From Candidatus Moraniibacteriota bacterium (GTDB lineage Bacteria > Patescibacteriota > Minisyncoccia > Moranbacterales > GWC2-37-73), in assembly GCA_035390125.1 (NCBI GenBank), contig DAOOTD010000002.1:233908-297907 (forward strand): a DNA stretch of 64,000 nucleotides. The letters run 5' to 3'. This document shows positions 48,478 through 58,424 of the stretch, one piece after another. Each line of letters starts with the position of its first letter. Within the stretch, counting starts at the first letter, position 1. The notes beneath the pieces are model-generated. The model was given only the letters and a program-made list of their open reading frames with translations, was not told the DNA's origin and ran no database searches. Made by a program: the position numbers and the translations under genes.

Positions 48478-49764
48478 ATGCAAATAAAAAATAATTTCAA
48501 TCTTTCTGCGAAAAAAATGTTTGCCTTATTAATTATTTCAGCCTTAATTGGTGGAGGAATTATTTATTTAACTTTTGACAATATTTCAAAGGGAACTAAA
48601 AAATATCAAGAATGGAAAAATGAAAAACAAGTCGGATTTTTTGAAAAATTAAGAGATAATTTTAAAACAAAAGAACCAAAAAACATGCAGTCTGTTAAAA
48701 TAATTGATGAACAGTCACAAGTAATCGAAGTTGTCAAAAAGGCCTCTCCGGCAGTTGTGAGTATAGTAGCTTCAGCGCAAGTGCCAAAATTTGAAACTTA
48801 TTTTGAGGATCCTTTTTTCGGTGATGATTTTTCATCTTTTTTTAATTTTCGCATTCCACAGCAACGTCAAAATGGCACTGAAGAAAAAAAGATCGGCGCT
48901 GGAACCGGATTTGTAGTTTCTTCCGATGGATATATCATAACCAATAAGCATGTGGTTAATGAAGAAGATGCTGATTATACCGTTTATCTTAATGATGAAA
49001 AAAATCGTGGCGAGAAAATAAAAGCTAAAGTAGTGGCACGCGATCCAAAAAATGATTTGGCAGTTTTAAAAATTGACAAAAGAGATTTGCCATTTTTAAC
49101 CTTTAGTGATTCTAGCCATTTGCAAGTTGGACAAACAGTAATTACTATCGGTTATGCCTTAGGAGAATTCGACAACACTGTCAGTAAAGGAGTCATTTCT
49201 GGCTTATCAAGGTCTATAACGGCTGGAGGCGGATTCACAAAAACCGAAGAACTAAAAAATTTGATTCAAAGTGATGCAGCTATTAATCCTGGAAACTCAG
49301 GAGGTCCCATGCTAGATATTGAAGGAAATGTGATTGGCATTAATGTGGCTATGGCTAATGCCGAGAATATTGGCTTTGCTATTTCTGGAAATGAAGCTAA
49401 AGCCGTTTTTGAAGAAGTAAAAAACACGGGCTCAATAAGTAAAAAAGAAACTGCATTTTTGGGTGTCAGGTATGTGTTAATTGATGAAAAGTTAAAAGCT
49501 GATAATAATCTGCCATACGAATATGGCGCATTAGTGGCACGCGGAGAAGCCAGAACTGATTTAGCCGTTATTCCGGGTTCGCCAGCTGATAAAGCAGGCA
49601 TAATGGAAAATGACATTATTTTGGAGGTTAATGGTCAAAAAATAACAAAAAGAAATCAACTTTCTGATTTAATTGCCACAAAAAAACCCAACGAAGAGAT
49701 AAATTTGAAAATTTATCATAAAGGCGAAGAAGAGGATTTGAAAATAGTCTTAGGAAAAAATTAA
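48478..49764 (+). CDS. htrA: HtrA/DegP-like serine protease with PDZ domain
   Basis: TNKHV, DLAVL, DAAINPGNSGGP, GSPADKAG. Confidence 0.95.
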   Translation: MQIKNNFNLSAKKMFALLIISALIGGGIIYLTFDNISKGTKKYQEWKNEKQVGFFEKLRDNFKTKEPKNMQSVKIIDEQSQVIEVVKKASPAVVSIVASAQVPKFETYFEDPFFGDDFSSFFNFRIPQQRQNGTEEKKIGAGTGFVVSSDGYIITNKHVVNEEDADYTVYLNDEKNRGEKIKAKVVARDPKNDLAVLKIDKRDLPFLTFSDSSHLQVGQTVITIGYALGEFDNTVSKGVISGLSRSITAGGGFTKTEELKNLIQSDAAINPGNSGGPMLDIEGNVIGINVAMANAENIGFAISGNEAKAVFEEVKNTGSISKKETAFLGVRYVLIDEKLKADNNLPYEYGALVARGEARTDLAVIPGSPADKAGIMENDIILEVNGQKITKRNQLSDLIATKKPNEEINLKIYHKGEEEDLKIVLGKN

Positions 49765-49849
49765 AAAAATTTCGTCGATCAATGAAGGCATGGTTAAAAT
49801 TTAAAAATCGCCCTTAAAATCTGGGCGATTTTTTTTATTGTATACAAAG

Positions 49850-49921
49850 TTGGGGAGGAGGGATTCGGACCCCCGCATGCCAGGACCAAAACCTGGTGCC
49901 TTACCGCTTGGCTACTCCCCA
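49850..49921 (-). tRNA. tRNA-Gln(TTG)
   Basis: Reverse complement TGGGGAG-TAGCCAAGCGGTAAGGC-A-CCAGG-TTTTGGT-CCTGG...CTCCCCA-A; U1-A72 pair. Confidence 0.93.
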
Positions 49922-50000
49922 ATAAATAAGCTTTTAGCTAGCTAATGAAAATAATTCACCCCATTAACAAAAAGCTAAAAAGATAATTAAAATAACAAAG

Positions 50001-51617
50001 CTATTCAATTACCGTACCACCCATCATATCCAAAGCTTGAGTTAAAAGAGAACTGGTTTTTCTTGGTTTTTTTTCTTCTTTTGCAACTTCCTTATTTTTT
50101 ATCCCTGCTTCTTGAGTTGTAAAAGCCTTGATGCATAAATGGAACCCTAAGATTTTAGCAAAAACAGATTCCATTGTCAATCTATTGTCATTATCATTTA
50201 GTTTGTCTTTATGAAAGGGAAATCTAGCTGCAATACTTACAGTTCCTTTCTCAGCTTTAAAGGGATGGCAGCTTTGCAAAATGGCCGAAAGGCTGTGATT
50301 AATTGGTTTTATTTCTTCTACAAACTGTTTCCAATATTTGTTTATATCTTCGATAGTTAAATCAGAATTTTTTGATATGATATAATTTTTATCATTTTTT
50401 AATGACGAGGCTGATGTGTTAATATCACTTTGGGCATTATCAGATTCTGAATCCCTCGAAGCAATTTTTCTTATTGACGGAATATTTTTTATTTGATCTT
50501 TATCGTGAACATTTTCATTTTTATATCCAAATCCAATAGCTTTAACAATAGCCATTTCTAAAGGAAGTTGTGGAATAAAGGAAGATTTTATTTTTCCCTG
50601 TATTTCCATAAAACACTGTATTATAAAAAGCAATTTTTCAGGATCTTGATCTTCACTCTGTTTTATTAAATGAGCAACTTGTTCTTTTGTAAGCTCGAAT
50701 GAAAAAAGTTTAGAAAGTTTTTCATCGACAATAACCAGCATCAGTTGACGCAAATAATTTAGAAGTGATTTATTAAATACATCAAGATCATAACCTTCCT
50801 GTGAAAGACTATTTATCAGTCCAATAGATTCAGTTGAATTCTTGTCCAAAATATATCCGACCAACTTTTCTAACGATTGGCGTTGAGAAGTTCCTAAAAT
50901 TTCCTCAACTTCCTTGGCGGTTATTTTTTTATTTTCCAGTGACATAACTTGCGACAAGAGTGATTCTGCATCACGCATTCCGCCTTCAGCAGAAATAGCA
51001 ATCATTTCTAAGGCTTCTTTTTCTATTTCAATTTTTTCACTTTTTGCAATGAGTGAAAGTTTTTTTATGATATTATCAACCGGCAAACGCGCAAAATCAT
51101 AACGCTGGCAACGGGAAATTATTGTTTCAGGCACTTTATGAATTTCGGTGGTGGCTAAAATAAAAATTACATGAGCAGGCGGCTCTTCCAGTGTTTTGAG
51201 CAGGGCATTAAAAGCCCCAGTTGAAAGCATATGGACTTCATCAATTATGTAAACTTTATATTTTGCTTGGGAAGGAGGAAATTTAACATTTTCTCTTAAT
51301 TCTCTTATGTTATCAACTCCCGTGTTTGAAGCGGCATCTATTTCAAAAATATCTAGAGATCTGCCTTCGTTTATGCTTTTACAGATATCGCATTTCAAAC
51401 AAGGTTCTGTGCCTTTAATATTTTGGCAATTTATTGCACGAGCAAAAATACGAGCCAAAGTTGTTTTACCGGTTCCGCGAGGTCCCGTAAAAAGATAAGC
51501 ATGGCCGATCCTGTCATTTTTTATGGCATTAGAAAGTGTCTGGACTATATGTCCTTGCCCTATTACATCCGAAAATGTAAGTGGTCGATATTTTCTATAT
51601 AAAGCGACTGATGACAT
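50001..51617 (-). CDS. dnaX: DNA polymerase III subunit gamma/tau
   Basis: LYRKYRP, GPRGTGKTT, IDEVHML, FNALLKTLEEPP, SRC. Confidence 0.98.
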   Translation of the reverse strand: MSSVALYRKYRPLTFSDVIGQGHIVQTLSNAIKNDRIGHAYLFTGPRGTGKTTLARIFARAINCQNIKGTEPCLKCDICKSINEGRSLDIFEIDAASNTGVDNIRELRENVKFPPSQAKYKVYIIDEVHMLSTGAFNALLKTLEEPPAHVIFILATTEIHKVPETIISRCQRYDFARLPVDNIIKKLSLIAKSEKIEIEKEALEMIAISAEGGMRDAESLLSQVMSLENKKITAKEVEEILGTSQRQSLEKLVGYILDKNSTESIGLINSLSQEGYDLDVFNKSLLNYLRQLMLVIVDEKLSKLFSFELTKEQVAHLIKQSEDQDPEKLLFIIQCFMEIQGKIKSSFIPQLPLEMAIVKAIGFGYKNENVHDKDQIKNIPSIRKIASRDSESDNAQSDINTSASSLKNDKNYIISKNSDLTIEDINKYWKQFVEEIKPINHSLSAILQSCHPFKAEKGTVSIAARFPFHKDKLNDNDNRLTMESVFAKILGFHLCIKAFTTQEAGIKNKEVAKEEKKPRKTSSLLTQALDMMGGTVIE

Positions 51618-51728
51618 GTTTTTATGTATATGTTTAGGTAATTTTTCTCTTTCTGCTATTGTAGCACCTTGTCTGCAAAAACAAAACTCCCCAAATCAGG
51701 GAGTTTATGGTGCAATAAAAAACATTGT

Positions 51729-52388
51729 TTATTTTTTAAAAACCCAGAGCTTATAGCCAATAAAATTCCAGACTAATCCAGCGATGCTTCCGAATGCGGC
51801 TCCTATCAATCCAAGTTGGTCAGAAGAAAGACCAACTAATGAACCTATTATTATCTTAAAAACTATAGAGGCCACAAAAACATTAATCAAGAATCCAATA
51901 ATACTAACTGCAAAAAATTGTATAAATTCCGAGCGTGTTTGTTTTTTGTTTTGCTGCTCAAAGGTCCAATATTTATTCCAAAAATAACTATTAATATTTG
52001 CAATTATAAATGAAATAGATTTATAAAGTGAATAGAAAGTTATAGCTCCAATAAGAGATGTTTTTGAATCAATGTTTAAAAACAATCTAAAAGCAAACGT
52101 CAAAAGTGCGAGAAATCCAATATCTACCAGTGTGTTCAAAATTCCTATGAGTCCGAATTTTGCAATTTGATAGATAATGGGTATTTTTTTTCCTATAAAA
52201 AAAGCTATCCGAAGACCTATGGGTGTGGCTAAAAGAAAAAAGGGGATTATAACTAGGGCAAATTTTGAATAAATATAGGGGTTGGCGGCTTTGAGTATTG
52301 GAAGAAATAATAATCCTATAAACAAACCAGCGACTAAGGCTAATTTATAATCTCTTTGCGTTATCCTGATTTTGTTTGGTTTTTTCAT
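51729..52388 (-). CDS. GtrA-family membrane protein
   Basis: KFGLIGILNTLVD, NSYFWNKYWTF, WNFIGYKLWVF. Confidence 0.88.
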   Translation of the reverse strand: MKKPNKIRITQRDYKLALVAGLFIGLLFLPILKAANPYIYSKFALVIIPFFLLATPIGLRIAFFIGKKIPIIYQIAKFGLIGILNTLVDIGFLALLTFAFRLFLNIDSKTSLIGAITFYSLYKSISFIIANINSYFWNKYWTFEQQNKKQTRSEFIQFFAVSIIGFLINVFVASIVFKIIIGSLVGLSSDQLGLIGAAFGSIAGLVWNFIGYKLWVFKK

Positions 52389-52400
52389 AAATATTTTTTA

Positions 52401-53165
52401 TTAAGCTTGTGCTGCAATTTCTTTTTCCAGTTCATCTATTTCGGATGTCCATTCGTCCTCAATATCTTCTTTTTTAGGAACCGATTTTTCTTCCAAAGAA
52501 ATTTCATTATTCGAATCTTTTTTCCAAGAATTGAATCCTCCGTCTGCAGGAAGCTTTGTTTTCTTCTCCTTTTTTTGGTCAGAAAATCCATGACCCCCTT
52601 TAGAAATGACATTTTCAATTGCAGCCCAGGAAGAATCGACTTCTCTTGGGATCATAACAACCACTTCATCTCCTGGTTCAGCCTTAAAATAGGTTATAGA
52701 AGCTAGCAAAACCTTAAATGCCTTACCTTCTGAGAATATAAAGTAATTTCCTTTTTCGTCCTGGCTTACGATTCCAATAACGCTTTTACGCTGAGCCGGT
52801 CCGATTTGCTTATATATGAAAGACCCGTCAGGAGTTATTGTAAGCTTCAGGACATCTCCTTCAACGAGTTTTGATTTAGATGCGTAGTTAGCAGGTACAG
52901 GATATTGTTTTCCATCTGTTCCGATCATGACTTGTCCATCAAAGGTGCCTTCAACTATGTTGCCTTCCACTTCATCCTCAGCTTTCTTTTTGCGTCCAGT
53001 TTTTTTCTTACCTTCCAATTGAAGCAGCATAGCTTTTGCGCTTTGCATGGTTTTTTCAGCATTAAGCATCATCTGGCGCAACATTTCTATCTTATGAGCT
53101 TTTTCATTTTCGCTTAGCTCGCTTATTTTTTGATTTTTTGCCATTTTTGTTTTAAACGGTAACAA
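52401..53165 (-). CDS. Conserved hypothetical protein
   Basis: Long ORF with EGTFDGQ..DGKQYPVPANYASKSKLVEGD core; start may be ATG 53144. Confidence 0.75.
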   Translation of the reverse strand: MLPFKTKMAKNQKISELSENEKAHKIEMLRQMMLNAEKTMQSAKAMLLQLEGKKKTGRKKKAEDEVEGNIVEGTFDGQVMIGTDGKQYPVPANYASKSKLVEGDVLKLTITPDGSFIYKQIGPAQRKSVIGIVSQDEKGNYFIFSEGKAFKVLLASITYFKAEPGDEVVVMIPREVDSSWAAIENVISKGGHGFSDQKKEKKTKLPADGGFNSWKKDSNNEISLEEKSVPKKEDIEDEWTSEIDELEKEIAAQA

Positions 53166-53427
53166 TCCAGGAACCCCCCTAAAGTGTCACCCGTATTTTG
53201 ATATTTGTTTTTATGCTGAAATTATATAATATATCCCTAAAATAGGCAACTGGCTTAAAAAGAATAAATATAAGCACAAAAAATTATCTTGAATATATAG
53301 CCGATAAATAGTAAAATAACAATGCAATGAAAAAAGTCTTTTTAAGGTAAATAAATTTTAGTTAAATAATTTCTGTTTAAATGCTGATATTGCTTATAAA
53401 TTATTTTAATAAATATTAAAATCCAGC

Positions 53428-55962
53428 ATGCTAAAAATAAACGGACTAAGCGAAAAAGAAGCAAAAAAACGCTTAAAATTAGAGGGTTACAACGAGCTTC
53501 CAAATAAAAAAGAAGATGGCATTTTTTATATTTTAGAAAAGATATTAAAAGAGCCAATGTTTATGCTCCTCATAGCTTGCGCAGTTTTTTATTTATTTTT
53601 AGGAGACACAAAGGAGGCCATTATATTAGCAAGCTCTATTTTTATTATTATAGGCATAGATTTTTATCAGGAGCGAAAAACAGAGAAAGCCCTATTAGCC
53701 TTGCGGAACTTATCTAGTCCCCGTGCTTTGGTTTTGCGTGATGGCAAAAGAGAAAAGATTTCTGGACGTGAAGTAGTTAGGGGTGATATTATTTTTATTT
53801 CAGAGGGTGACCGTGTCCCCGCCGATTCTATGGTTTTGCAATCAACTAGTCTTGCTGTTGATGAATCGTTATTAAGCGGAGAATCTGTGCCAGTGCATAA
53901 ATCTATTTGGGATGGGAAAATTAAATTCGGAAGGCCTGGAGGAGACAATACTCCTTTTATCTTCAGCGGGAGTATGGTTATCAGCGGACAAGCCATGGCC
54001 AGAGTTATAAATATAGGTATAAATACGGAAATCGGTAAAATTGGGAAATCATTATCAACGCTAAAAACAGAAAGAACAGATTTACAAAAACAATCTGCTT
54101 CTCTGATAAAATTATATGCATCTATAGGAATGTTGCTTTGTTTTTTGGTTTTTATTGCTTATGCAGTTACTCAGCAGGACATCGTAAATGGATTGTTGGC
54201 TGGATTGTCACTGGCTATGTCGGTTTTGCCTGAAGAATTTGCAGTTGTTATGACAGTTTTTTTAGCCTTGGGAGCTTGGCGCATATCTAAACATAATGTG
54301 CTTACCCGTAGAATTCCAGCAGTTGAAACTCTGGGCGCTACTACGGTTTTATGTGTTGATAAAACCGGGACTCTGACTGAAAACATGATGACAATAAAAA
54401 ATCTTTGGATAAAGGGCAATATTTTTAATTTGAAGGATAAAAATGAATTTTTCGGTGACGAATGTCAGGAATTAATAAAGTATGGTTTACTTGCCAGTTC
54501 GTTAAGTCCATTTGATCCGATGGAAAAATCCATACAAAAAACTGCCGAAAAAATATTAAAGAAAAAAGATTTCATTAATAATAAGTGGGTTCTTAGAAAA
54601 ACTTACTCTTTGTCGAGTGATTTTTTAGCTATGTCTCATGTCTGGAGTTTTTCAGGTGAAAAAAAATATTTAATCGCTGCCAAAGGCTCCCCAGAGGCGA
54701 TTTTGGATCTTTGCCATTTAAACCAGCAAGAAAAAAATGAAATTGAATTGGGTGTAGAAACAATGGCGGGTAATGGTCTGAGAATAATCGGTGTTGCAGT
54801 TGCTGATTTTGAAGGTGATCTTCCCCGAAATCAGCATGAATTTAAATTTAAATTTGTTGGACTGTTGGGTTTTAGTGATCCATTAAAAAAGGAGGTTGCG
54901 CAAGCTGTTCAAGAATGTCGTAATGCCGGCATAAAGATCATTATGATAACTGGAGACTATATGTCTACTGCTAAAAAAATTGCTCAAGAAGCGGGGATTT
55001 ATAATGGGGGCCAAATTATAATCGGACAAGAATTGGAAAAGATAAGTTCAAAAGAATTAAGGAAAATAATAAGCAAAGTAAATGTATTTGCGCGGACCAT
55101 GCCAGAACAGAAATTAAAAATAGTTGAAGCGCTGAAAGCTAATGGTGAAATTGTTGCTATGACGGGAGACGGAGTAAATGATGCGCCAGCCCTGAAAGCT
55201 GCCAATATTGGAATAGCAATGGGTGGCAGAGGAGCTGATGTTGCCCGTGAAGCTTCATCACTTGTTTTATTGGATGATAATTTTACATCTATAGTTAAAG
55301 CTATACGAATGGGGAGGAGAATATATGAAAATCTAAAAAAGGCTACAGTTTTTATTTTCGCTGTTCATTTGCCTATAGCTAGCTTGGCTGTTTTTCCTGC
55401 TATTTTGAATTTACCCCTGGTTTTGATGCCTATTCATATAGTTTTTTTAGAAATGATTATTGATCCGGCTTGTTCTATTGTTTATGAATCTGAAAAAGAA
55501 GAAAAAAACATTATGAATAAACCTCCGAGAAAATTAAATAGCAAGCTGATGGACAACTACGTTTTGGCGAATGGTTTTGTCCAAGGGATAAGTGGGGCAT
55601 TAGCAGTTCTAGTTGTTTATTGGATTGCTTATGCACAAGGATATGAGGTTGAAAAAATACGTGCCTTGGCATTTTTTGCTTTAGTAATTTTCAACTTAGC
55701 GCTGATTTATATAAATAGATCAAGATCGAAATTATTTTTTTCTATAATAAAAGAAAAAAATGTAGCTGCTTGGTGGATTACTTTCGGGACATTTTTATTG
55801 CTAGTTTTGTCATTGTCCTTTCCGTTTATGATGGATATCTTCCATTTTTCCAGCGTAAATTTAAAAGAAATCGCAGTTCCCATCCTTTCTGTAATAGTTG
55901 CAATCGCAATGGCAGAATTTTTAAAACTGTTCTTTTTAAGAAAGCATAGTGAATATTTGTGA
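53428..55962 (+). CDS. Cation-translocating P-type ATPase (type II)
   Basis: SGES, LPEEF, DKTGTLT, KGSPE, TGDGVNDAPAL. Confidence 0.95.
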   Translation: MLKINGLSEKEAKKRLKLEGYNELPNKKEDGIFYILEKILKEPMFMLLIACAVFYLFLGDTKEAIILASSIFIIIGIDFYQERKTEKALLALRNLSSPRALVLRDGKREKISGREVVRGDIIFISEGDRVPADSMVLQSTSLAVDESLLSGESVPVHKSIWDGKIKFGRPGGDNTPFIFSGSMVISGQAMARVINIGINTEIGKIGKSLSTLKTERTDLQKQSASLIKLYASIGMLLCFLVFIAYAVTQQDIVNGLLAGLSLAMSVLPEEFAVVMTVFLALGAWRISKHNVLTRRIPAVETLGATTVLCVDKTGTLTENMMTIKNLWIKGNIFNLKDKNEFFGDECQELIKYGLLASSLSPFDPMEKSIQKTAEKILKKKDFINNKWVLRKTYSLSSDFLAMSHVWSFSGEKKYLIAAKGSPEAILDLCHLNQQEKNEIELGVETMAGNGLRIIGVAVADFEGDLPRNQHEFKFKFVGLLGFSDPLKKEVAQAVQECRNAGIKIIMITGDYMSTAKKIAQEAGIYNGGQIIIGQELEKISSKELRKIISKVNVFARTMPEQKLKIVEALKANGEIVAMTGDGVNDAPALKAANIGIAMGGRGADVAREASSLVLLDDNFTSIVKAIRMGRRIYENLKKATVFIFAVHLPIASLAVFPAILNLPLVLMPIHIVFLEMIIDPACSIVYESEKEEKNIMNKPPRKLNSKLMDNYVLANGFVQGISGALAVLVVYWIAYAQGYEVEKIRALAFFALVIFNLALIYINRSRSKLFFSIIKEKNVAAWWITFGTFLLLVLSLSFPFMMDIFHFSSVNLKEIAVPILSVIVAIAMAEFLKLFFLRKHSEYL

Positions 55963-56278
55963 AAAATATATGCGGAATTATGCAAAAATAGGAGGAAAAA
56001 AAGGGAGGCCAGCCTATAGGACACCCTCGTCATTTAAAATGAAGGTTATTCAAGTTGTGAGCAAAATTCCTAAGGGTAAAACTATTGCATATAAACAAGT
56101 GGCAAAATTAGCCGGAAACCCAAGGGCTTGCCGGGCAGTAGGAAATATTTTAAACAAAAATTATGACGCAAAAATACCATGCCATAGGGTGATCAGAAGT
56201 GATGGGAGTATTGGCGGGTACAACAGAGGAGCTGGAAAAAAGAAAAAAATGCTAAAAGCAGAGAATGCGATTAAATAA
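55949..56278 (+). CDS. MGMT family alkyl-DNA repair protein
   Basis: IPKG..Y..VA, RAVG, IPCHRV, GGY; start uncertain. Confidence 0.85.
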   Translation: MNICEKYMRNYAKIGGKKGRPAYRTPSSFKMKVIQVVSKIPKGKTIAYKQVAKLAGNPRACRAVGNILNKNYDAKIPCHRVIRSDGSIGGYNRGAGKKKKMLKAENAIK

Positions 56279-56330
56279 AATCTGTTTTTGTGTTAATATA
56301 AAAATGTAATTTTTTATTAAATAAAATTTT

Positions 56331-56594
56331 ATGGAAAATTTTCTATTGGAAAATTTATGGATTGTTATTCTTATAATTGCGTGGTCAATCCCGTGGAAAG
56401 GAATTGCTTTATGGCGGTCGGCCAGAAATGGACATCTAGCCTGGTTTGTAGCGCTCTTATTTATCAATTCTATGGCGATTTTGGATATTATATATATTTT
56501 AATATTTAGCAGAAGCAAGCGGGAAATCAGCGAAAATCCAGATATGAAAATACAAAAAAATCAGGATTTCATGCGCAAAAATAAATTCGTTTAG
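56331..56594 (+). CDS. DUF5652 family membrane protein
   Basis: WSIPWKGIALWRSARN..WF..N..ILDIIY. Confidence 0.85.
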   Translation: MENFLLENLWIVILIIAWSIPWKGIALWRSARNGHLAWFVALLFINSMAILDIIYILIFSRSKREISENPDMKIQKNQDFMRKNKFV

Positions 56595-56599
56595 TTTTT

Positions 56600-57181
56600 A
56601 TGCCAGTTAAAAATAATTCAGAAAAAATGTTGGCATCAATATTATTGTCAGGCGGGATTGGTGTTTTTCCGACTGATACTCTTTATGGGGTTGTAGGCAG
56701 TGCACTTAGCAAAAAATCGGTTGAGCGGATTTATAAATTGCGAAAAAGAGAATCCAAAAAACCGATGATAATCTTGATTTCATCAGTTAAAGATTTGAAG
56801 ATTTTTGGGATAAGAACAAATTCTAAACAGAGAGATATCCTAAGAAAACTCTGGCCCGGAAAAATAAGCGTAATTTTTGATTGTCCGCTGAAAAAATTTT
56901 CACATCTTCACCGAGGCACAAAAACCTTAGCTTTGCGTCTGCCGAAGGATAAATGGCTGATAAGTTTTTTGAAAAAAACTGGACCGTTGGTGGCTCCCAG
57001 TGCTAATATTGCAGGAAAAAAACCAGCTGAAAATTTTGCTGAAACAAAAATTTTTTTTAGAGAAAAAGTAGATTTTTATGTTGATAAGGGAAAGTTAAAA
57101 TCAAAACCTTCGACTCTTATAAAAATTGATAAGAAGGGCAAAATAGAAATTTTGCGCCAAGGCGCGGCAAAAGTTAAGTAG
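56600..57181 (+). CDS. tsaC: L-threonylcarbamoyladenylate synthase (TsaC/Sua5)
   Basis: PTDTLYG, KP, WPG, APSAN, PST, ILRQG. Confidence 0.93.
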   Translation: MPVKNNSEKMLASILLSGGIGVFPTDTLYGVVGSALSKKSVERIYKLRKRESKKPMIILISSVKDLKIFGIRTNSKQRDILRKLWPGKISVIFDCPLKKFSHLHRGTKTLALRLPKDKWLISFLKKTGPLVAPSANIAGKKPAENFAETKIFFREKVDFYVDKGKLKSKPSTLIKIDKKGKIEILRQGAAKVK

Positions 57182-57264
57182 TTTTTCCTTTATTGACAAA
57201 GATAGCGTATAATGCTATTTTTTTAAGTTGTTTAAAATTAAAAAAAGAAAGGGGGAATGATCAA

Positions 57265-57714
57265 GTGAGTGAAGAAACAATGCAAAATGTTGATTTTTTA
57301 ACTTTATTGAAAGGCAAGATAGAATTGGAAGTTGAAGGTTGGCAAAAACAAATAAAAAGACTGGACGCTCTGAAATCACTTCCTCAATTTTTGGACATCT
57401 TTTCTTCGGAAGAAATAATGAAGCTCAACAAGGAGCAAAGAGCTATGCTTGACATGGTAGATATTCTTCGTGAAGCCAAGGATAAAATTTTATCGGAAGA
57501 AATAAGTCCGAAAAATGCCGGAGAATTGGATAGTATCCTTAAGCTGTCAAAAATGGGGAGACTCAAGGCTAAAAATTTAGTCAGAGAAAAAGCTCCCAAA
57601 GTTTTTCAAATAAAACTGAATTTTTTCCATTTTCTTTTCCATCCATGCCTATCTTTTAAATTTCTAATTTTAAAGATTATGCATAAAAAGTGGGAAAAGA
57701 AAAACAAAAAATGA
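57265..57714 (+). CDS. Hypothetical protein
   Basis: Open frame with own TTGACA promoter (57193), purine-rich SD and downstream terminator; start uncertain. Confidence 0.55.
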   Translation: MSEETMQNVDFLTLLKGKIELEVEGWQKQIKRLDALKSLPQFLDIFSSEEIMKLNKEQRAMLDMVDILREAKDKILSEEISPKNAGELDSILKLSKMGRLKAKNLVREKAPKVFQIKLNFFHFLFHPCLSFKFLILKIMHKKWEKKNKK

Positions 57715-57726
57715 GAAAAATATCCA

Positions 57727-57763
57727 AAAAATCGCTTAACCTTAAATAGGTTAAGCGATTTTT
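57727..57763. terminator. Bidirectional terminator
   Basis: AAAAATCGCTTAACCT-taaat-AGGTTAAGCGATTTTT between convergent genes. Confidence 0.8.
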
Positions 57764-57785
57764 ATTTATATCTCTATGAACTTGA

Positions 57786-58418
57786 TCAAATTAGGATTAA
57801 AATTATAACCAGGGAAAATGAAAGCAAAAGAAACAGAAAAGAAACTGCATAAAGGTAATAATGTTTCAAAAACCAGGGTTTGTATTGAGAGATTCTTTGG
57901 TTAAGTTCCCCGATATCTTGCAAGATATTCTGGTTTTTATAAACTGGCCTTATTGAATAGGGCTGGTTTTCTTCTTCTCCTATTTTGAAAAATTGAAGAC
58001 TTTTAGCATTGTCTTTAATAGACAAAAAAGTGGCCATAAGGCAAAATTCTTTTTTTTCAGAATCTGATATCGGATCAAATTTAAATTCATATAAATTTTC
58101 CGTATTAAAAAAAGAACCCTTTAATTCTCCTTCGCGCAGAATTTTTTGGCAATTTTCATCGGCGATTTTCATTTCTACCTTGTCGCCATTTTTATATTTT
58201 ATGCCGGGACTGCGAAGTAATACTTCAACCTTTGAAAGGTTGCTTCTTTGTGCAGTAAATTTATGAATGAGTGTTTCTTGCGGCCAAATTTTTACAACTA
58301 ATCCTTTTTTAAGGTAAATGCTTGGTTCAGGAAAATAAAGGAGAGTTGAAAATTTCCAAAAAACAGCAAAAAACATTGCTATTGCAAAAACTATTAATAA
58401 TTTTTTAGAAATTTTCAT
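57786..58418 (-). CDS. Hypothetical membrane-anchored protein
   Basis: N- and C-terminal TM segments; RISQYKPWFLK; co-oriented with the GT-C gene. Confidence 0.7.
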   Translation of the reverse strand: MKISKKLLIVFAIAMFFAVFWKFSTLLYFPEPSIYLKKGLVVKIWPQETLIHKFTAQRSNLSKVEVLLRSPGIKYKNGDKVEMKIADENCQKILREGELKGSFFNTENLYEFKFDPISDSEKKEFCLMATFLSIKDNAKSLQFFKIGEEENQPYSIRPVYKNQNILQDIGELNQRISQYKPWFLKHYYLYAVSFLFLLLSFSLVIILILI

Positions 58419-58424
58419 GTGTTG

